Positions 57,450-64,000 of a DNA stretch of 64,000 bases are shown here, one piece after another; within the stretch, counting starts at the first letter, position 1, and each line of letters starts with the position of its first letter. Source of the stretch: Anthoceros angustus (lineage: Eukaryota; Plantae; Anthocerotophyta); contig VJWM01000117.1 of assembly GCA_010909165.1 (NCBI GenBank), positions 248,001-312,000 of the forward strand. The letters run 5' to 3'. The notes beneath the pieces were generated by a model, which was not told the DNA's origin, ran no database searches, and saw only the letters and a program-made list of their open reading frames with translations. The translations under genes and the position numbers were made by a program.

Positions 57450-60120
57450 ATGGCCGAGACCCGGCACCGACGTTTCATCAACAGGCTGAAGACCTTCAGC
57501 CGGTTGATGTCCTGGAAATACGAGGATGCTCCCACAGGAGATGAGCAACAGGAAACTCCTAAAGATTCCTCTCATGCGGCACATGAGTTTTCAGCTACAA
57601 ACGGGTGGAAGACATGGAGAAGAATTTTCTTGCTGGTCCTCGGGCTGGTCCTGGTGGGAGGCTTTATGTCTGGCTTACCCATTTCCAGGAGGCAGGTGCG
57701 GTGGTTCTGGCTGGTGGGTTTGAGCTTTCGTGGGCTCATTGCTCTCATTATTCTGACTTCCATTGGCTCCCCATCGTACTGCAGAGCCCACCTGGCGCTT
57801 ATCTTTGCCAGAAAGACGGACTGTCGCTGCATTGTCCCCAGGTGAGCGCCTACAGGGTGGTGGTCGAATTCAGTGTTGAGGCGGAATGGTTTCTTGCATT
57901 ATTGAATTCAGTATTGAGGCGGAAGGGTTTCTTGCATTGCAGGTGACGGATTCCCCATCTCTGTGGGAGAACCCCATCTCTGCTACTACGTCGTGGAAAG
58001 CCTGTGCTGAGATTCGTGAGGACAATTATCTTCGTATGTTTGTGTACTCTCCATCCCCACTTTCTGTTGGTATGTTGTGTCGCTGTTGTGCCCTGCTTCT
58101 TCACAGCTTTTCACCACCCGAGTGGGGTTTGCATTGCCAGCTCCTGACTTGGAGGAAGAACCAAATGGTTATCTGGGAATTCATGCCGAAGGTGGATTGA
58201 ATCAGCAGCGTGTTGCTGTGAGACTCCTACTCAGTAACATGATCCTGCTCTAACGTAAAACAACGTTGTGGGTTCTTCGTTTATGCTTTCTGTGTTGGCT
58301 TTGGGTAAGGGATGCTTTCTGATATGTTGCCTCGCAGGCAACCTTCTTATCACAGCTTGCCTTGCCCCAGGTACTACGACTTTTCCTTGGCATAACGCTA
58401 ACTAAGCTCAACCTGTTTGCAGATTTGCAATGCTGTGGCAGTGGCGAGGATCATGAATGTTACCTTAATCATCCCACTGATGAAGCAGGACCAGATCTGG
58501 AAGGATCAGACGTATGTATGATGGTTTCGCTGTATCTCGTTGCATGAACCCAAGTTGATGATCAAAGCTGGATTTGCATATCTGAGATTATTGTGACCGT
58601 GGGCTGCACATCAGGCGCTTTGAAGATGTGTTTGACGTGGATCATTTCATTGATTATCTGCGAGAGGATGTGCGGGTAGTCAAGTACCCGCTCATCTGGC
58701 AGACGGTGGTGATCTGTACACCAGCATCAGGTCTGTTCTGCTTATACATGCATGGTAGAGTTTCATGTTATGTGTGTATTTGTAGTTACGATTCGCTGAT
58801 GAGCGATTCGATTCCTGGTGTGTGAGCAGGCGTACAGTGAAAAATATCCCCAAGTATGCCTCTGCAGAGTGGTACTTGGACAATGTGCTACCACGGATTA
58901 AGGAGAAGGGAGTTATGGCATTGAAACCATTTGTTGATCGCCTCGGGTATGGCCAACTTCTCCTTCACGTCTCCTGCACCCACTTCGTGTGAACACAAGG
59001 TCGTTGTGAAGCTTACTTCCATGTTGCACCATTCTGCTGAAGCAGATATGACAATGTGCCGTCAGAGATCAATCGACTGAGGTGCAGGGTGAACTATCAT
59101 GCCTTGAGGTTTCTGCCACATATTGAAGAAATGGCTGAGGTTCTGGCGTCAAGGATGAGAAACCGGACTGGCATGCCACAACCATACATGTGAGTGATTC
59201 TCTTCCATCCTGATTTAATCAACTACGGACTGTCATCTATCAATCATCTCATGGGCTGCAAGAACCCAACATGCAGGGCATTGCATCTGCGTTTTGAGAA
59301 AGGCATGGTTGGGCTTTCCTTCTGCGACTTCGTTGGCACCCGTCGGGAGAAGGCCATGATGGCTGCTTACAGGCAAAAGGAATGGCCTCGTCGATTCAAG
59401 GTGAGATACTCACAAGGTCCCAAGCGTACGCTGCTTTACAGACTTATCTGCAGACCAGGACTGTCACAGACTAACCAGTTCCTGCCTGCAGAACGGATCC
59501 CACATCTGGCAACAAGCATTGCAAAAGCGCAAAGAGGGAAGATGCCCACTGGAGCCTGGAGAAGTCGGTGTGATCCTCATGGCTCTGGGATACCCCAAGG
59601 AGACACAGATTTATGTTGCATCAGGCCAAGTCTACGGAGGTGACACCAGGATGGCACCTCTGAGAAACATGTATCCGAACCTGGTAAAGATAGCAGTCCT
59701 CTCCCATCCTCTTTCATCCTCTCACATTGCCTTCTAACCTCTCTGGCCCCCTCGCTACAGGTAAGAAAAGACGAACTGGCAACAGCAGAAGAGCTGAAAC
59801 CGTTCAGAGAGCATGTCACGAGCTTGGCAGCCCTGGACTTCCTCGTCTGCCTGAAAGCCAACGTGTTCACAATGACACATGGTGGGAACTTCGCCAAGCT
59901 CATCATCGGCTTCCGGAGGTACTTGGGCCACCGCCTGAAATCCATCAAGCCTAACAAGGGCCTCATGGCGTTCGCTCTGGGAGATCCTCATCTTGGGTGG
60001 CCAGCTTTTGTACAAAATGTGGCCAGCATGCACGAGGGCAGATTTGGGTTGCCGGAGCCAACCTTCCCGACTTACGACGTGTATGAAAACCCGCTCACTG
60101 ACTGCATGTGCAGAGCATGA
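57450..60120 (+). CDS. PAGR: PAGR-like gene, copy 2 (closer to intact; 4 bp deletion near 58683)
   Basis: Same motifs; correct RQKEWPRRFK, NGSHIW, RKEGRC, PFREHV and IIGF where copy 1 is broken. Confidence 0.82.
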
Positions 60121-60249
60121 GATAGGATATAGTGTGGCTTGTCACTTTCATCCCGCACTTCCATTGATCATTGCTCCAGAATCCATCCATTATTAAGTAT
60201 GTACAAAGAAGAGATCATCGCGATGGGAGGTAGCCCAGCAGACTGGATC

Positions 60250-62408
60250 TCAGAGCTTGGAAACGGGAGCTTTGGGTGTGGAGGAGGAGCGTCCAGCGAT
60301 GAACTTCTGCATCGCAGCGAACTCCTGTGGCCGCATCTGGGAGTAGTACGCATGGCCGCGTTCCTGCATGTCATAAAGACGGTGAGTCCAGCAGCCTGAG
60401 GTGGAGTGGAAGATGCATGAGCGATATGGGATAAATGGAGGGATCGGAAAGGGGAGTACCTTCTCTAGGCGGAGACCGTCCCCAAGAGGGAGCTTGAGGC
60501 CGTCGTTTACCACGGCCTTGTAATCACGCACCAGCTGTAGCTGGTTCTTCAAGATGGCATCCGCAAGGGCCCGGGCCTCGTTCAGGAGCTCCCCGGGCTG
60601 CACAACTCTGCTCACCAAGCCCCATCGTTCAGCTCGCTCCGCGTCCAATGGGACTGCCGCCAGGGAGACTTCCCTCGCCCGGTTGGCCCCGATCAGCCTG
60701 GGAAGCTTCTGTGAGAGTCCCCATGTCGGAAAGATGCCGAATCTAAAGCCACAAAGATGGGAGACATTTGAGCATTGTACATATGTATTGTTCCTATTCG
60801 TTACTGAAGAATGCTTGAGAGGTGCTTGAGGAAAAGCGTGAAGCAAGTCGGATGAGAGCTTAGAGCGAAGAGCGTGAGGAGAGCATAAAGGAGGAGCATG
60901 AGGAAACCATGGAGGAGAGTTTGAGGGACGAGCATTATAAGAGCTTGAGGGCCAAGCCCGACAAGGGCTCCAATGACGAGCATGCGGAGAGCTTTGCTGG
61001 AACAGCAGGAAGCAGAATTGAAGGAAAGTATGAAACAGACTCGAGGGAGAGCATGAAGCAGACTTGAGGGAGAGCATGAAGCAGATTCGAGGGAGAGTAT
61101 GAAGCAGACTCGAGGAAGAGCATGAAAAAACTTGAGGGAGAGCATGAAGCAAAGCGAGGGAGAGCACGAAGCAAACTTGAGAACGACCTTGAGGAAGAGA
61201 GAGAGCTTGAGGATAGCTCAATGGAAGGGCCTGAGGAGAGCTCAATGGAAGGGCGTGAGGAGAGCTCAATGGAAGAGCATGAGGAAAAGCGTGAAGCAAG
61301 TCGGATGAGAGCTTAGAGCGAAGAGCGTGAGGAGAGCATAAAGGAGGAGCATGAGGAAACCATGGAGGAGAGTTTGAGGGACGAGCATTATAAGAGCTTG
61401 AGGGCCAAGCCCGACAAGGGCTCCAATGACGAGCATGCGGAGAGCTTTGCTGGAACAGCAGGAAGCAGAATTAAAGGAAAGTATGAAACAGACTCGAGGG
61501 AGAGAATGAAGCAGACTTGAGGGAGAGCATGAAGCAGACTTGAGGGAGAGCATGAAGCAGATTCGAGGGAGAGTATGAAGCAGACTCGAGGAAGAGCATG
61601 AAAAACTTGAGGAGAGCATGAAGCAAAGCGAGGGAGGCACAAGCAAACTTGAGAACGACCTTGAGGAAGAGAGAGAGCTTGAGGATAGCTCAATGGAAGG
61701 GCCTGAGGAGAGCTCAATGGAAGGGCGTGAGGAGAGCTCAATGGAAGAGCATGAGGAGAGCTCAATGGAAGGGCATCAATCATCCGGAAGAGTATGAGGA
61801 GAGCATGAGGTGAGCTTAGAGGAAGAAGGAATCTCGAGTAGAATTTTGCAGGAGGATGAGGCCTTGGCTTACTTGGCATGTGTATCGACGAACTTGGCCT
61901 GCGTGCTTGCAATCAGAATGTCACAGGCGAGTGAGAGTTCGAATCCGGCGGTGATGGCGAACCCGTTAATTGCACCGATGATGGGCTTCTTACATCTCTC
62001 CATCTGCGCAACCGGGTCCTTCTCGACGTCCTTGACATCGCCCTTGAACACGTCTGCCGCCGCACTTAGATCCTGCAGGCACAGAAGGGAACGCACATCC
62101 ACATCCCGCTCCTCATCGCTCACGCTCAAAAGAAGCCAATTCTGCAGCAAGGGAGGCAATTCAAGAAAGCGAGCCTAGCACGCTACCACTCCAGTGCAGA
62201 AAGCTCGGCCGGCCCCGGTGAGGATGATGACTTGCACACCCGGATCGGCCTCCAGGCTCCGGAATGCGGCAGCCAGGTCGGTGATCATGTCCTTGGTGAG
62301 CGCGTTGAGCGCCGCAGGCCGGTTGAGCGTGATCCAGCCTACGCCATCTCCCGCCGCCTCCACTTTGATGAGCTGCTGCTGGGCACGGGAATCGGCCTCT
62401 CTCCCCAT
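60250..62408 (-). CDS. ECHIA: Peroxisomal enoyl-CoA hydratase/isomerase; exons 62408-62187, 62072-61873, 60742-60460, 60363-60250
   Basis: Crotonase motifs ITLNRPAALNAL, GRAFCTGVDL, IIGAINGFAITAGFELSLACD, FGIFPTWGLSQKL; C-terminal SKL PTS1; GT-AG introns keep the frame. Confidence 0.92.
60828..61810. repeat. Compound purine-rich minisatellite in ECH intron 2 (453 bp unit x2 built from ~21 bp subunits)
   Basis: gaggaaaagcgtgaagcaagtcgg at 60828 and 61281; subunits gagggagagcatgaagcagac and gaggagagctcaatggaaggg. Confidence 0.9.
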
Positions 62409-63355
62409 GGCTGCGTTCCTCGCTCACGCGCACTCGGACATGAACGCCTGAATCAGCTTGCAGAGCTCAGAGTAGCGGCCGGTGCAGAGCAGGAAGCACA
62501 GGACGGGGAAGAAGGAAGGCAGAAAGAGCGCCATGGCAGTGGCAAGGCTAGCGTGGGGAGCGGAGTCGGGTCCGCGATTGCAGGGGTAGAGCCCAATTTG
62601 AGAAAAAAAGCCGTCGGCCTGCCTGCCGAGAATTTCTTCCCGTCAGCGTCTGGCGGCAGGCCGGGGCCGCCACGTCGTGCTTATCCCATCACCAATGCGG
62701 AGCCGACGACGGCATGCAATCCTGTTGCACGAAAATCGTAACGGATAAAGCCTCAGATCTTTGTGGGCGCTTGGGATGCCTGTTTTTGGGCGGTAGGTAA
62801 GGTTGGTGGAAGTTGGGGCGAGTCCGGGGGCTCGGACAGCCCGGTGGGAAACCGCCACGTGAGCGCGAGATTCAGGTGAGCGTTAAGACGACTCTCGTCA
62901 TCTTTGCATGCGGGGAGCATCTGAATCGCTAATTGCTCTGCAGCAGGGCTGCTGCGGGAGTGGATCTAGCTGCGGAGCTGACAGAATTGCGGCAGGAATG
63001 TGGGGGCGGGATGCTATGCCCTAGGATTGTGGTGGGTTGTGCGCAGAGAGGGGTTGGGATGGTGCGGCTCTCTGGTGGGAAGGAAAGGTGTGGCAGGAGC
63101 GCTTGCTGGATGGAAGGTGCATCGGAATGTTGGTTTTGTGGTGTTTGGGAGCTGAGGAGGCCATGGCCGAGGAGTGTGGTGTAGGAGGTTGTGGGAGGCA
63201 GGTTGCAGGGAGGGTGTGCACTTCAGGGTAGTGTGGGTGAAGTGCAGGACTGGCATAATGCGGCCGGCACAGCCCCAGCCCAGAGGTATGCTGTGTTGTG
63301 AGCCTCTGAGGGAGCCGAGGTTGCAGCTGTTGCGAATGCAGGTTCTGAGCTTGTG

Positions 63356-64000
63356 ATGCTTGGCAATGCAGCGAGCTTGAAGGCCAACATCGATGGGCCT
63401 GAGGACCCTGGTGGAGGGGCAGCTCCCATGGAGGTGGATGGCACGGGTTCGAAAGGCAAGAAGCGATCGTCTGAAGAGGTGCTGCATGTTCCGCCCTGAT
63501 TCCCATATGTTGTGCACTGCCATCTCTTGAGCTATTTCTGCACAGAGTGGAACTGGTGGAGTCTAAGTTTGCCTTCTTTTGGCTGTCCAGGCTATGCTGG
63601 ACCTCGAAGATTATGTGGAAACGGTTGTGGACCCGAGAGTCATGGTCCCTTTTGATTCCAAAGTTGGAGAGACACCACGTAGAGTTCAGATTGAAAGGTA
63701 CAGTGCAATTGTGTACCAGGGTTTGTTGCGTGCAGTTCCAGTGATTTCTGGATAGAAGGGACAGGGGTCGTGGCGGGCACTGTCATTTACTACGAGTTCC
63801 TCTTTTCTGGATGCTGATTTTGTTGCTCAGGATGAAGAGACTATATGCCCAACAGAATCTGACTGACCTGCTGACAAAAGAGGGTCTAGTTCCTGATCGC
63901 TTGGACCTGACTACTGCGGATGGAAAGGTCCCTCTTCACTACTTTGACAATGTGGATTATGAAACTCGGCATCCTTCACAGTGGTACTGCTTTTCTGCTC
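63356..64000 (+). CDS. DNAH1: 5' exons of a DNAH1-like inner-arm dynein heavy chain, running off the window
   Basis: Exons ..63478, 63591-63697 and 63831-63983 give DPRVMVPFDSKVGETPRRVQIER|MKRLYAQQNLTDLLTKEG...VPLHYFDNVDYETRHPSQW, matching the DNAH1 N-terminal PRKIEIER...LPL..FDN.DFD.RTP..W pattern. True start uncertain. Confidence 0.7.

Larger units (their letters stand above)
54201..60535. repeat. ~3.17 kb direct tandem duplication (54201-57363, 57364-60535)
   Basis: Near-identical copies; the 9 bp TGTAGCTGG occurs at 54201, 57364 and 60536, i.e. both outer ends and the junction. Confidence 0.95.

Noticed and set aside
60250-61299. 349 aa ORF as a novel N-terminally extended hydratase
   Set aside because: It reads through the intronic minisatellite and a retained intron; the spliced four-exon model gives a normal enzyme.
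1-64000. tRNA, rRNA or snoRNA genes
   Set aside because: None recognised by eye; the only tRNA-related match is the 12 bp PBS at 3924. tRNAscan-SE or Infernal would be needed to exclude them.

Overview
Eukaryotic nuclear DNA from a non-seed land plant. Short (~80-130 bp) introns, axonemal inner-arm dynein genes and a GRP-type DYW:KP PPR gene point to a hornwort-like lineage (inference). 1-16 kb is a nest of LTR retroelement debris: a minus-strand Copia pol remnant interrupted by a solo LTR that carries another solo LTR, a complete gag+protease-only element with a CATAT TSD, and a gag with three zinc knuckles. 17-64 kb is gene dense: three intronless or nearly intronless PLS-class PPR editing factors, a GNAT3-like acetyltransferase, a KNS3-family membrane protein, TAF8, gamma-SNAP, DNAI4/WDR78, a tandemly duplicated PAGR-like GT106 gene, a peroxisomal enoyl-CoA hydratase and the start of a DNAH1-like dynein heavy chain. 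LINE and MITE remnants lie between them. The best lead is the gene at 38406-41283 (-). It joins an OSB-type PDF ssDNA-binding motif to a PLS PPR array and an intact DYW:KP/GRP deaminase, the class linked to U-to-C editing. It is flanked by decayed copies of itself (inverted, with a dead active site), gamma-SNAP and TAF8. Caution: many single-base homopolymer indels and near-identical tandem duplications suggest long-read errors, so frameshifts and duplications need read-level checks. All homology calls come from remembered motifs; no search was run.
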